Positions 12,182 through 24,452 are shown, counted from the first letter of the whole stretch. The stretch: 63,997 bases of DNA, filler included, from Blastocystis sp. subtype 4 (GCF_000743755.1; 11 parts of 11 records of this genome joined end to end with filler, not necessarily neighbours in it), one strand, 5' to 3'. Numbers and translations are program-made. The notes: generated from the sequence alone by a model not told the origin.

Positions 12182-13320
12182 TTAACTATTAACCATTCTT
12201 GTAATGGTATCATTATATATACCCATCAAAGCCTCTTTGAGATAGTTCTTGATATTTCTGGGATTAATATACCTATCTGTCCAGAATTTGGCGGAATGAT
12301 TATATGAGAGCTTAGAAGAGTATTTCAAGTGAAGATTATTGAGAAGGACACTCCATATAGCTTGGTCTTGCCTGTGATTAAGTCGACTTGATCCTCTAGG
12401 TACAAGACATGAGTGAGTATAGGAGCATAATTGCATAGGTATTATTATCTTCTCTCGAACTGTAGAATTCCGATAATCAAAGAAGATATGACCACCACAA
12501 CAACTCCTTCCATTTGTATCTATTGAATCCACAATTCCATAATGTATGAGAAAGTCTCTTGATAATGGATGAACCCATTGATTTACACTTCCAGAGGACA
12601 AAGGAGAGTATATACCTTCTTCTTTAACATAATGTAATTCATCAAGTGGTGCTCTGATTAGATTGCTTCCAGCATCTATTATGCCAACATTTGCTTTCCA
12701 TTGCATAGCAGCATCAAGACCGACATACAGCTTCAAAGAATACACTCCAGCAAAGTCTTTTGTGTCCTGAACCCATAATGGAAAGTGATTAAGATCCAAG
12801 AGTCGATAATAGAAGATAGCTGAAGAATTCAACATTCTATGGATACGATAGATCAACCGAGCGATATTGAACATGGTATTACGCTCATCTTCTGTTAATC
12901 CCATATCCCCAAACAGAATGTTAGAGTATGGGCAGAATCGAACCATAGTTAAAAGGCACATTTGTGCAACAACATGATGATTGCTTGTAGCAGCAGTTAT
13001 CATTAGTAAGTCGTTTCCTTCTCTATACTCCTCCACTTCTTCAAATACAGCAATATTCTTCATTGTATCATTTCTGTAACGAATGTAATGAGTACTGGGA
13101 TCACACAGCAGTCTTCCAAAAGGAATAGGATAGCTAATATCATCATAATCAAGAGCTAGTATTGATGCAGATCACTATGATTACGATTCTTGGACTCATA
13201 ACATAGACTCTTGAATGTGTGTTCATGTACACGAGTTATTATGGGGATTACTTCATTCGTCACTTGATGACATATTAATCTAGACAGGCAATACAAGAAG
13301 AATAGTAGATAATGAATCAT
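12182..13320 (-). CDS. DUF1647-like putative glycosyltransferase (5' exons approximate)
   Basis: TAATSNH, IDAG and NHRQDQA motifs; upstream exon YDDISYPIPF matches the paralogue at 15648-16934. Confidence 0.65.
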
Positions 13321-13435
13321 GCTAAGTCAGTGGCAGTATTAATGATAACAGTATCACAGAGAATTATTAAAAATCCATAGTAATTTGGTTCAATAGATGA
13401 TTTCATTTGAAACAAATCCATTAGTGGATTGTATA

Positions 13436-13509
13436 ATCTACTCAACAATGGGATTGAACAATGTGTGTTGTATGATCTACTCAACAATGGGATTGAACAA
13501 TGTGTGTTG
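13436..13509. repeat. 39-bp tandem duplication
   Basis: ATCTACTCAACAATGGGATTGAACAATGTGTGTTG occurs twice. Confidence 0.85.
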
Positions 13510-13656
13510 ATTGAATGATTTGTATTCAGTTCAGTTTGATATGTGTGATTGTCATGGTGAATCGGTTTCAATCTCCCGTTTATTGATATCTGCCCCACAT
13601 TAACAGTGCATCATAAGAATTCATTCACTGTAATGAAGTGTTAATACAAACAACAA

Positions 13657-15009
13657 CAACTGAATATTACACTTAGTTTCATCACAATAGATAATGGATT
13701 GGATATATGAAGATCATTACACTCTCTATCCACTTCATATTCTTGAACTGGTTCATTTTCAAAAGCTTCTTTCACTTCAGGAAGAACAAATTGATTACTA
13801 AAGAAGGTCTACATTCAATTATCCATCAACATATACATTCTCAAACCATGGATTGATACACTTATTGAGTATCCCAACTCCACAGTACTTGTCTTCATCA
13901 CAAGCATTACAATACTTCGAGTTGGTTGTTTTGTTGCAGAACATATTCGGAACAACAAGAGATCGATTCAGATGATTGGCTATTCTCACAATACATCTCA
14001 ATTGTTCTTTGTCTTGATCATTAGGAATCTTCATAACCATTACATATTGGATTGTGAATATAGAGATAATGCCTTCCTTTGGTGGAGTATTCTTGATTGT
14101 AGTTGTGCTTATACAATCCCATCACTTTCATTCGATAATGCTTTGCTTTGGTTGTATAAATGAAATCATTGTGGAGAACAATGGAGTTAACTACAATGTG
14201 ATAGATATCCACATACTACTTGATACAGGACCAAAACTCTTATCACTGAAGAAATCGAATCCATTCTCAACTATGGAAAAAGGAATTAGCCCATATTTGA
14301 ACTTTCGATATCCAATTGTTCTTGCTAATGCTTGCTGATCCATGTAGTTGCTTAGTGGATAGTATTGAAATGACTCCCAAATGAGATCAATCAATTCCTG
14401 AGAAGGATGAAGGAACATGAATCCATTACAGAGTTTAGGACATATTCTTCTATCTTTGGCGAAATAGGCATCCATATATGGTAGAGAGGATAATGCTGAA
14501 TCCAAATCACCATAAACATATGCATCAGTGTCAATATAGATAAGACTATATCCAAGTGAAAGGATATGTCTGGTAATTAGCATCTTCATAGCATATGGTC
14601 GTGTAAATGTGTAATCAAGACTACTATTGTGTGGAGGAATAAGACTACGATTGTAATAAGCAGCTCTCATTCCTTCTTTCACAAGAATCTATCACTTAAA
14701 TTCATTCAGAATTCATACAGCATAGTCATTGAGACTGGGTGTAACAAATGTGAAATGACGAATATACTCATATTCACTATCTAGAAACATTGATACTGCT
14801 GTCATAACATAGTTCTCACCAACAAAAGCATAATGAAATGTGTGATTAGTTGACCATCTCTTGACAGCATCATCAAGTTGAATAATCAAAGACAATTTTT
14901 CAATTGACTGATGATTCACACTTAGTCTGTTATCCAGCATACATTTTGTCAGTTGAGTCATCCATGTCAATGAAACAACAACAATGAATAGTAATACTAT
15001 CAGGAACAT
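13657..15009 (-). CDS. Nucleotide-diphospho-sugar transferase (Nucleotid_trans/GT77-like), multi-exon
   Basis: N-terminal TM, IYIDTDAY (DxD), LCNGFMFL and DQQAL motifs; short introns join the listed ORFs. The stop is either TG plus poly(A) at 13657-13658 or genomic TAA at 13641-13643. Confidence 0.7.
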
Positions 15010-15647
15010 AAACAACAGAAAGTGATAAAGAAGAGTATCACAATGATAACAGCTATTGAAAACAACAACAATTCAAGAGTTGTATGATCAATCCTAATAA
15101 TCGATTATATTCATTATCCTTTTAATACTATCCAATCCTGTCTTTCAAATATGAAGAATGATATTAGATTATTCGATATTGATAGATAGTTGTTTTCAAA
15201 CATTGTTCTGTGAGATTGCACTGAATTCATTGAATGAAGTCTAGAACTGAATCTCGATATTGGAATGAATTCTATCATTATGAACAATGGTTGGTTGATA
15301 ATGGTCTATTGGGTTCAAGAAAATGCTATTCTTTGACTTATCAAATGTGTGATGAATACTTGATTGGATTGAATGGATATATTGAAATGATGAAGAAGAG
15401 ATACAAGAAGAATACAGTGAGATCTAAAGTGTCTAGATTTTCAGAAGTACTATGAGTATTAAACTATTTAAGAAGATAAGAGATGCTATAGTGTTTTAAA
15501 TGATACATAACTGCTGTTTTGTTTCTTATTATCTACTGATGTTAATCAATGAAATGATATGACTTCAAGCAATGACATATTGTGAGGAATCTATCAAACA
15601 AACAATCATTATTCCTGTTGTATCATCAGTTGATGTAGTCACTATTC

Positions 15648-16934
15648 TCATGGCCATTCTGGATCTTGAGGACGACTCATGTGTTTGTATTCTTGATGAG
15701 TGAATTGAGTTCCATTCAGATTGACTATTGAACTCTTGATTCGTATGTTGTACACATTCTCAATATTCTTCAGGATATTGATGAGAAGTGGTTTGGTTGC
15801 CCATTCCTTGTTTCCTCTCTCATTCCGAAGAGCAGGAAGATACTGATACTTACCATTTGCTGATCGAGGTATCTTGAGACCACTAATGAACATAGATAGA
15901 ACTGCTTGATCTTGTCTGTGATTTCTCATATTGGAAGCAAAAGGAGTGACACATTTCTGAGTATAACAACATTCTTTGAATGGAATGAGAAACTGATTTC
16001 GAATAGTCAGATTTCGATAATCCATATAGATGTTATTCCCTGAAGCCATTGCATCCTTATCACTATATGAATCAATCATATGATGTTCTATCATGAATTG
16101 TTTTGTATCATTATGAACCCATTTCCCAATTGTACCAGCAGATGCTGGAGAATACAAACCAAAGAGACGAGTAGCCATGATCTCTCTTGATAATCCATCT
16201 CTCACAATGTTCCCTCCATCTAACCATCCAGTGATTGCTTTCCATTCAAATACCATATCCATTACAGCCACAATCTTCCAACGTTGTTCTGTATTGTTGA
16301 ATAGATGCATCCATTCTGGAAGATTGTCCCAATTGTATTGACGATAAGCGAGGAATGCTGTACTCTTCAGTTTCTCATGAATTCCATGAATTGTCTCGAA
16401 ATGAGCAGCTAACAACTGTGATTCCTCTTGAGACAATCCATAATTGATGTAGGCGAGATTCGCAAAAGGCATTGCCAATACAATAGAGAAGAGACAATTG
16501 AATGATCCTAGAGCATGATTACTACTTGCTCCTGTCATAAACAGAATGTCTGATTGGTGATCCTTGAATTCTGGAAGATATCCAGTCAATACATAGGATG
16601 GCATATCACTCTTCATTCCAAAGTCCACATAATGTGTTCCCAGATTCTTGTAGAGTTGATTGAAAGGAATTGGATAGTTGATTGAGTCATAGTCATACTC
16701 TACAAATCATTTAATCAATTCTCTATCACGATTCCTCTCTCCTTGACCAAAATGAGGTAATGATCTGAGTTCTGGTTCTTTGACAATCTCAGTAGAACAT
16801 GGATGAATTGGAATTCCCTTCGATATTGATAGATCTTCATTTCTGATGTTGTTCAATCCAGATTCGTGTTGAATGAAGAGAAGGATAATCAATGCAACAA
16901 AGAGAATCGAATTCAATAAGGAAATCAAAGACAT
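15648..16934 (-). CDS. DUF1647-like putative glycosyltransferase, paralogue of 12182-13320
   Basis: Signal-anchor exon 16707-16934; TGASSNH, WLDGG and NHRQDQA motifs; TGTTTGTT at 15597-15604 (-). Confidence 0.7.
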
Positions 16935-17199
16935 TTCTTATGATTCCCTTACCATTCTCACTTCTTGTGATTGCAGAAATACTCTATTCAATCACAAGGA
17001 TAGAATCAACATCAGAAGCCTTGGATAATGCTGTGATTCCATATCGATTCAATGATATCATCATCAATCAATGTGAACATTCTGTGGAAGTGTTAGCAAG
17101 TCTAACGAATCCAATGACACAACCATGGTTTGTGGAGTTATCAGGAGTCATTGAAAACGAAATGTTGACTATCACTGTTGTTATGAATGTGAAGATCAT

Positions 17200-17299
17200 N
17201 NNNNNNNNNNNNNNNNNNNNNNNNNNNNNNNNNNNNNNNNNNNTTAATTAATTAANNNNNNNNNNNNNNNNNNNNNNNNNNNNNNNNNNNNNNNNNNNN
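17200..17299. other. Artificial contig spacer
   Basis: N/TTAATTAATTAA/N, 100 nt. Confidence 0.97.
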
Positions 17300-18017
17300 G
17301 CCTTCCCACAATAAAAGACAAATGGAAATGCGATAAACACAAGAAGTGTCAGCATCCAATTCTACAATCACACAATTCCTCTCACCTCCTACATAGTAAA
17401 ACCCAAGGACACATCCAGTGACCATTGATGCAAAAGCTCGAACCATCATGCCCAGTTCTGGACCTAATCCAAGTACAATCCGTGAAGATTCCTCCGAGAA
17501 ACGCTGGCCCAGACGACCAGGACTGATACTCTCAATGTATTCAACATCGTGTTTCATCACCGATTTCGTATACTCCTGACGGAATCGNATTGTTACATGT
17601 TCTATACATCATTGACAACTCCTAAACCCACCTGCAAAGAATGACAAGCAGAACCGTTCACAGAATGCAAAAATGGCAGATAGACCCATAAATAATGTAA
17701 ACATACTGAGAACAAAAGCCACTGTAGAAGCATTCAGTGGTGTTTGAATCAATGCATTCAACAAGTCTCCATAGTAAGTATATGAAAACGGACCCAGAAT
17801 ACCTGAAATAATGGCAACTAGAAATGAACAAAGAAGATAATCATGTACATGCAAATCCAAAGAACAGTATTGCTCGTTCCTTCTTCGTTGAATACCGTAG
17901 AAATAGAGTAGATATCGATGCTGGCCGCACTTCCTGTGGATTTGTCTCAACAACAATCTCTGGAGTATTCTTATCCAGTTTTCTTGTTTCAGTTAGTTGA
18001 ATTTCCTGATTCGACAT
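17300..18017 (-). CDS. ABC transporter subfamily B (MDR-like), N-terminal membrane domain, truncated
   Basis: LFLRYSTKKERAILFFG start, multiple TM helices, and RQEYTKSVMKHDVEY...PGRLGQRFSEESSRI..GLGPELG typical of ABCB TMD1. Confidence 0.75.
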
Positions 18018-18805
18018 TCTAAAATAATCTGAACGAAGAATAGTAATACTCCAACTTTTTCAAGAAGTTTTCCGGAAATTTCTTGGTAGGTTTCATTTCC
18101 ACGAAGTGCTATGAAGTATAGTAACCATTTTTATGTATTGCATAATTCAAAACATATAGTGACCCTATATACATCCAATATTCAAGTTACTTTGATATAG
18201 TCGTGATTCTTCCAGATGTCGTCTCTAGATAGAACCAGGAGATAAACTACTTAAAACGATCGTAGTGAATAAGAATATTGGTTTTTTCGCGCAGATAGTG
18301 AGGATAGTGATTGATGTGCATTGTTCATCAATCTGATGATACATAGAAGGTTTATCAAATCCATATTCTCTTTTGTTGAGGTATTCGGGTTGTTTGTTTC
18401 TATAACATATGTGTTATTATTATCGATCTTTTCATGAATTGCCTATTTCATTCTGTAGAATCTTCTCCTAATTCTTTATATGCATATATGAATAATGCGT
18501 TTATGTTTTGGTACCATGTTCAAATAAAAAGGTAAAGAAAAGCAAACATGACGCAAGATGATGAACAAAACTCCCAGAATAGCAATTTGGCAACACCAAA
18601 TCATAATCGCGGGAATCCTATTATCTTAGATTTCAGTGTTTGACAATGTAAACTCAATAGAGACACGTGGATTATATTTATTCACAAAGAATCCAAACAG
18701 CAACAAGAAAATGAGCGATAAAACAAAAATGGGTATAGATAAATGATAATCGATACATCCCCGCAAGTAATCCATGCTGAACTCCGTTTAGTATGAACTG
18801 GTAGA

Positions 18806-21562
18806 ATGAGCTCGAATATTGAACCGATTCTAGAATTTCCTCCTTCTTCTTTCCTATCTGATTTCATTATTGAGAAAATTACTGTTGATGGTATTGATGA
18901 CTCGAGAACTAGCAAAGCGAGAATTCAGTTTTCGGGAAAGTACTGCGGATATGAAATGACTGTGAATTGGAAGGATGGAAAGAAAGAAGGAGTTGGTTTG
19001 ATTCTTTATCCAGACGGAGAACCATACATGGAAATGACATTTGTAAATGACTTAGCAGAGGGAACAGTATTGAAGAAGGATGAATACGGTCAAATAGTAC
19101 TACGAGGTGTTTTGGAGCACGGAGTGGAATGCGGACTATTTGAAGAGTTTGATGATGAGGAGGTGATATGGAGAGGGTTCTATCGAAATGGAAAGAGATA
19201 TTCGATATTGGAGGAACAGGAATTAGAAGGATTATATTTGGAAGTGAGTGAGGATGGAAAGTTGTTGAGTGTGAGTGAATATGATGATAAGTGGAGAAAG
19301 AATGGAAGATGTTATGAAGTGGAATCAGGACACTTGAAGAGAGAATGTGTATATGAGAATGGAATTAGGAAGAGAATGATACAAGAATTCACTGATGATG
19401 GATTGATGATTGAATATGATGATAATGGAGAGATAGTGGATGAAGAAGTATTTGAAGGAGATATGATTGGATTTATGATTCATCCTGAAATGATGATAGG
19501 AACGAAAGAATACTATATAGACATGAATGAAAATGGAGAATTGTTGAGTGTGAGTGAATATGATGAAGATGGATTATTGAAGAATGGTAAGTGTTTTGAG
19601 TATGAAGAAGGAAGATTGGTTAGAGAATGTGAATATGAGGATGGAGTTAAGCAGAGAGTGATTCGAGAATTCACTGATGATGGATTATGGATTGAATATG
19701 ATGATAATGGAGATATAGTGTATGAAGAAGAACTTGAAGGAGATATGATGAATGGATTTATTCGAGAAGAGAAAGGAAGTGAGTCTGACAGTGACGAAGA
19801 GATAGTGGATGAAGAAGTTGAAGAGATAGTAGATGGATTTGTGGTTCATCCTGAAATGGAAGGAATGGAAGGATTCTATATAGACATGAATGAAAATGGA
19901 GAATTGTTGAGTGTGAGTGAATATGATGAATCTGGATTATTGAAGAATGGAAGATGTTTTGAGTGTGAAGGAGGATATGTGAAGAGAGAATGTGTGTATG
20001 AAAATGGAGTTAAGCAGAGAGTGATTCGAGAATTCACTGATGATGGATTGATGATTGAATATGATGATAATGGAGAGATAGTATATGAAGGAGGATTTGA
20101 AGGAGATATGATGAATGGATTTATTCGAGAAGAGAAAGGAAGTGAGTATGAAAGTGATGGAGAGATAGTGGATGAAGAAGTTGAAGAGATAGTAGATGGA
20201 TTTGTGGTTCATCCTGAAATGGAAGGAATGGAAGGATTCTATATAGACATGAATGAAAATGGAGAATTGTTGAGTGTGAGTGAATATGATGAATCTGGAT
20301 TATTGAAGAATGGAAGATGTTTTGAGTGTGAAGGAGGATATGTGAAGAGAGAATGTGTGTATGAAAATGGAATGAAGAAGAGAATGATTCGAGAATTCAC
20401 TGATGATGGATTGATGATTGAATATGATGATAATGGAAAGAGAGTGTATGAAGGAGAATTTGAAGGAGATATGATGAATGGATTTATTCGAGAAGAGAAA
20501 GGAAGTGAGTATGGAAGTGATGGAAAGAGTGTCTTGTATGTAGGTGGATGGAAGAATGGATTGAGAGAAGGATATGGAAGTGAATTCAAAGGATATTCTC
20601 CTGTGTATATTGGAGAATGGAAGAATGGAATGAGAGATGGAAAGGGAAAGGAATTGAATGAGAATGGAGAAGTGATTAGAAGTGGGGTATGGGTCAGAGG
20701 TAACTTTTCTTCATCTCTTGCTCATGTTGTTTGGGATGAATCAACATTATCACCTCCATCTGCTTATGTTGTTCTTTCTGCTGGATCTAACCCTAGACCT
20801 AGCTATAAGCCTAGGTCTAGGCCTGTTCATATTGTTATTCCTAAATCGGCTCGTTCTAAGCTAAAATGTTCTTCTGTCACTAAGCGTTCTCTTCCCTCTG
20901 TTCCAAAACGTTCTCCTTCTGTCACTAAGCGTTCTCCTCCTTCTGCCTCTAAGCGTTCTCCATCTGCCTCTAAGCGTTCTCTTCCCTCTATTCCAAAACG
21001 TTCTCCTCCTTCTGTCACTAAGCGTTCTCCTCCTTCTGCCTCTAAGCGTTCTCCATCTGCCTCTAAGCGTTCTCCTCCCTCTATTCCAAAACGTTCTCCT
21101 CCTTCTGTCACTAAGCGTTCTCCTCCTTCTGTTCCAAAACGTTCTCCTTCTGTCACTAAGCGTTCTCCTTTCTCTGCTCCCAAGCATTCTCCTAAGCCAA
21201 ATCCTACTTCTAAGCCTGATACTAAATCAAAGCGTTCTCCTTCTGCTCCAAGACGTTCTCCTAAATCAAATCCTACTTCTAAATCTGATACTAAACCAAA
21301 ATACTCTCCTCCTTCTGCTCCAAAGCATCCTGCTAACCCTACTAAATCAAGCCATTCTCCTGCTACTAAGCCTACTCCTGTTCAAAAGTCGAAGTCTAAG
21401 GCTGCTGCTGCTCCCAAATCTTCTCCCACTCCTAAACCTAGACCTGTCCAAAAGCCTAATTCTAAACCTTCAACGAAACCCAAATCTGCCTCTGCTCCTA
21501 AATCTAAACCTAATTCTAATCCGAAGCATACTCCTGCTCATAAGGCGAAGCCAAAGCACTAG
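18806..21562 (+). CDS. MORN-like repeat protein with internal duplications and a basic Ser/Pro/Lys-rich tail
   Basis: 918-aa intronless ORF; acidic MORN-like repeats, then KRSPPS repeats and a P/K/S-rich C-terminus. Confidence 0.8.
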   Translation: MSSNIEPILEFPPSSFLSDFIIEKITVDGIDDSRTSKARIQFSGKYCGYEMTVNWKDGKKEGVGLILYPDGEPYMEMTFVNDLAEGTVLKKDEYGQIVLRGVLEHGVECGLFEEFDDEEVIWRGFYRNGKRYSILEEQELEGLYLEVSEDGKLLSVSEYDDKWRKNGRCYEVESGHLKRECVYENGIRKRMIQEFTDDGLMIEYDDNGEIVDEEVFEGDMIGFMIHPEMMIGTKEYYIDMNENGELLSVSEYDEDGLLKNGKCFEYEEGRLVRECEYEDGVKQRVIREFTDDGLWIEYDDNGDIVYEEELEGDMMNGFIREEKGSESDSDEEIVDEEVEEIVDGFVVHPEMEGMEGFYIDMNENGELLSVSEYDESGLLKNGRCFECEGGYVKRECVYENGVKQRVIREFTDDGLMIEYDDNGEIVYEGGFEGDMMNGFIREEKGSEYESDGEIVDEEVEEIVDGFVVHPEMEGMEGFYIDMNENGELLSVSEYDESGLLKNGRCFECEGGYVKRECVYENGMKKRMIREFTDDGLMIEYDDNGKRVYEGEFEGDMMNGFIREEKGSEYGSDGKSVLYVGGWKNGLREGYGSEFKGYSPVYIGEWKNGMRDGKGKELNENGEVIRSGVWVRGNFSSSLAHVVWDESTLSPPSAYVVLSAGSNPRPSYKPRSRPVHIVIPKSARSKLKCSSVTKRSLPSVPKRSPSVTKRSPPSASKRSPSASKRSLPSIPKRSPPSVTKRSPPSASKRSPSASKRSPPSIPKRSPPSVTKRSPPSVPKRSPSVTKRSPFSAPKHSPKPNPTSKPDTKSKRSPSAPRRSPKSNPTSKSDTKPKYSPPSAPKHPANPTKSSHSPATKPTPVQKSKSKAAAAPKSSPTPKPRPVQKPNSKPSTKPKSASAPKSKPNSNPKHTPAHKAKPKH
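19801..20520 (+). repeat. Near-identical in-frame internal duplication, period 363 bp
   Basis: GATAGTGGATGAAGAAGTTGAAGAGATAGT starts at 19801 and again at 20164. Confidence 0.85.
20872..21200 (+). repeat. Coding minisatellite of 21/24-bp units (KRSP(P)S(V/A/I)(T/S/P))
   Basis: Recurrent AAGCGTTCTCCTCCTTCT / AAACGTTCTCCT units. Confidence 0.9.
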
Positions 21563-22458
21563 TCTTCATCTTAACCTGTTTTCTCTCATCATCCAGTGTT
21601 ATGGATATTTCACTTCAGACTAGGATATAAATGTTGTGATCACTATTCTATTCTGGAGAAGAGAACATTTGGAATTTTATGATCTGTTGACTTGTAATAT
21701 GGAATAATGAAGTATTCTGTGAGAAAATAGATGTTTGTTTATTGTTTATCTCTATTCTTTCAATGAATGATTTCAATAGGATGATGTGTGATTGATTGGA
21801 GATAGATAAGTGGAGGCTGACTTGACCTCCGGTTGAAAATGCATGACTGTAATAATAGATTCAATTTCATTCTTCCTGTCTATATGTTATGGATGTTTGA
21901 TTGATATATCTTTGTAAAGTGTGAATGTTATCACAATTCCTCTTTTTCAATCTGATATCAAATGAATTCTTCTTTTGAAGGAGGAGACTATTCCTGTTGT
22001 CTGAAATCAAGTGCCGCTCTACTGTATGGATTCGACAACGATAAATACCAAGTTAATTTCAATATTCGAATCTTTCATAAAGACCCTTTCTCTCACTCAG
22101 ATCCTCATCAAATGATATCATTATGATATCTCAATACGAAGCCACATACATGTACTCGATTGCCTTTAGTTCTCAATGCAATCTATGGATCCAAATAGAA
22201 ACAGTTTTTGAACTTACGTAATATCCAATTATTGCATCGTTCGTAGACAACACAATATTATTGTATCCATATTAATACCCGTGATTGCATTCAGTTTCAG
22301 TCCATACATCCATATTGGAGTTTTGACTGTCTTTTCAAAGAAATATTGAAAGAATAGTATTGTTAGTTTGAAATGCAAATAACATGAGTCATTTTGAAGT
22401 TCATCATTGTTGCTGAAATCGCATTGACATGAGTCTTTGAACACATTTACTGTTATCA

Positions 22459-22974
22459 ATGAGTGAATACAAGGAGAAACAAATGAATGAAACCGATTCA
22501 AGTTTGAAGAAAGGGAATGCAAACGATTTATGGAGAGAGTGTTGTGAGGATTTGAAGGAAATAGTTTCAACTAAAATGAATACTAGTTTCTTGTGGAGTG
22601 TGAATGCTGAAAAGGGAGAGATGAATGGAGTGATGAAGCGAGGAGAAGAAGTAATAGAAGTGAAGGTTGAAAGAAGAGTGAGTGAGAATGAAGTTGAACT
22701 ATGGAGTAAGAAGTGGAAAGAGTGTATGTCTGAGATTATTGCGAATGAAAGGGACAATTATACAATGAGTTTGAGTGTTGAAAATGGAAAGATGGATGGA
22801 GTGATGAAGAGAGGAAAAGAAGTGATTGAAATTAGATGGAAGGGTAAAGGAAACGAGACGGAGGCTGATTGCAATATGAAGTGGAAAGAGTACTTGAAAG
22901 AGAGTGTATTGAATGATAATAAGAATTGTATGTTGAGTTTGAATGTTGATAAAGGAGAAATGAGAGGAGTATGT
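22459..22974 (+). CDS. Hypothetical repeat protein (MORN-family-like N-terminus), truncated
   Basis: Three ~50-aa repeats W.E...E......LSVN.EKGEM.GVMKRG.EVIE. Confidence 0.5.
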
Positions 22975-23074
22975 NNNNNNNNNNNNNNNNNNNNNNNNNN
23001 NNNNNNNNNNNNNNNNNNTTAATTAATTAANNNNNNNNNNNNNNNNNNNNNNNNNNNNNNNNNNNNNNNNNNNN
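22975..23074. other. Artificial contig spacer
   Basis: N/TTAATTAATTAA/N, 100 nt. Confidence 0.97.
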
Positions 23075-23252
23075 GAAAGCAACTTGCCATTCGCCGTCTT
23101 GTGTGTGGAGGAGGTGTGTCTGCTTAGAACTCATATGAATAGTGGTGATGGTTGCTTTGGATTGTTTGTTATGGAATTTCCATTAGGTGTACATGTGATC
23201 CGTCATAAAAGAAGAGACATCGTTAATTCTCAAATTGTGTTTCGCTGTGAAC

Positions 23253-24440
23253 ATGAGCGAATCGTATGCGAATATTGTGAAGGTGGGAAGCCTTCTCGTT
23301 GGAGGATTGTTTATTGGATATGTCACAAAGAAAATGCTGGAGAACAAGAACAAGAAGTCTCAAAAGGAACGATATTTTGTTGGAATTGATCTGGGTGCTA
23401 CCAATGCAAAGGTAGGAGTGGTCAATGATAACGGCGAACTGATTTCCGTTGTTTCTGAGCCGCTTTCTGATTATTCCGATATGGGAGTTGTTAAGTCTCT
23501 CGTAGATGTCAGTTCTAAGGCTATTTCCGAAGTAGGACTTAAATGGAGCGACATTTGTGAAATTGGTGTTGGTTCCCCTGGTACTATTGATTTTGAAGTA
23601 TTTGCGTGTTATAGTACCTCACTTTTCAGAATGGAATCGTTATTAAGGCATCTAACTTCCCTACATGGGATCATGTCCCTCTTGCGAAGCTGATTGAGGA
23701 TAGGACCGGAGTTCGTGTAAGTAGAGTTAATTTTCGCTGATACCCAGACCATTCTGGAGAACGACGCTAATGCTGCATGCGCTGCTGAATGTTGGGTTGG
23801 AACAGGAAAGGGAAAGCAAAACATGGTGATGATCAGTTCCATTTCATTCGTTCTCTCATGATTAGCACTTGGTTCGGGAATTGGAGCAGGACTTGTGGTT
23901 AATGGTCGCATCATTCATGGAAGCAGTGGCTGGGCAGGTGAACCAGGCCATGCAGTAGTTCTGGAGATTCTTCTGAAACGTAGATCTACAAGGTAAATGG
24001 AACTCAGTGTGGTTGCGGCCAGAAGGGTTGCTTCGAGAAGTATGCCTCAGCAAATGGATTGGTGTTGGTGGCAAAGCAATATTTGGAGGAACACCCCGAG
24101 GAGGAGTCTGTATTACGCTCAGAGGAGGAATTGACAGCGAAACGAGTGATGGATGCAGCCAAGGAAGGTGACAAGGTTGCCGACACTTGTGTGGAGGTTG
24201 CAGCTGAGGCCTTGGGTGTGTGCTGTGTGAACCTCTGTCGTGTGCTGGATCCTGACTTGATTGTTTTCTCAGGTGGTTTGGCTCTATCTGGGGATTTCCT
24301 TCTGAAGAAGATTGAAAAACATTTCCGTGCCTATCATTGGACTATTCAGGAGCCAGCATGTACTTTGATCATTTCTCAATCAGGTGAAAAAACGGGTATG
24401 ATTGGAGCTGCAGCTGTGGCTCGTATGGACTATTTGAATT
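23253..24440 (+). CDS. ROK-family sugar kinase (glucokinase-like), multi-exon; stop predicted to be completed by polyadenylation
   Basis: GIDLGATN, ENDANAA, LGSGIGAG, GEPGH, CGCGQKGCFE and GMIGAA motifs; ends AAT T|CCAC|TGTTTGTT. Confidence 0.85.
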
Positions 24441-24444
24441 CCAC

Positions 24445-24452
24445 TGTTTGTT
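24445..24452 (+). promoter_or_regulatory. TGTTTGTT polyadenylation element (representative of about 18 copies at gene ends)
   Basis: Also at 107(+), 9802(+), 15597(-), 26758(-), 28917(+), 28961(-), 34103(+), 34639(+), 36712(-), 38749(-), 40647(+), 47067(-), 52046(-), 59430(+), 61047(+), 62144(+) and 63597(-), each on the sense strand just past a gene end. Confidence 0.85.

Noticed and set aside
16932..16942. Divergent ATGs only 5 nt apart
   Set aside because: The plus-strand ORF is truncated and unrecognisable, so its start cannot be supported.
20827..21187. Minus-strand Arg-rich (protamine-like) and GER-repeat ORFs
   Set aside because: Antisense shadows of the KRSPPS coding minisatellite.
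20872..21200. Short repeats as a possible CRISPR-like array
   Set aside because: No unique spacers; the units are in-frame coding repeats in a eukaryotic gene.
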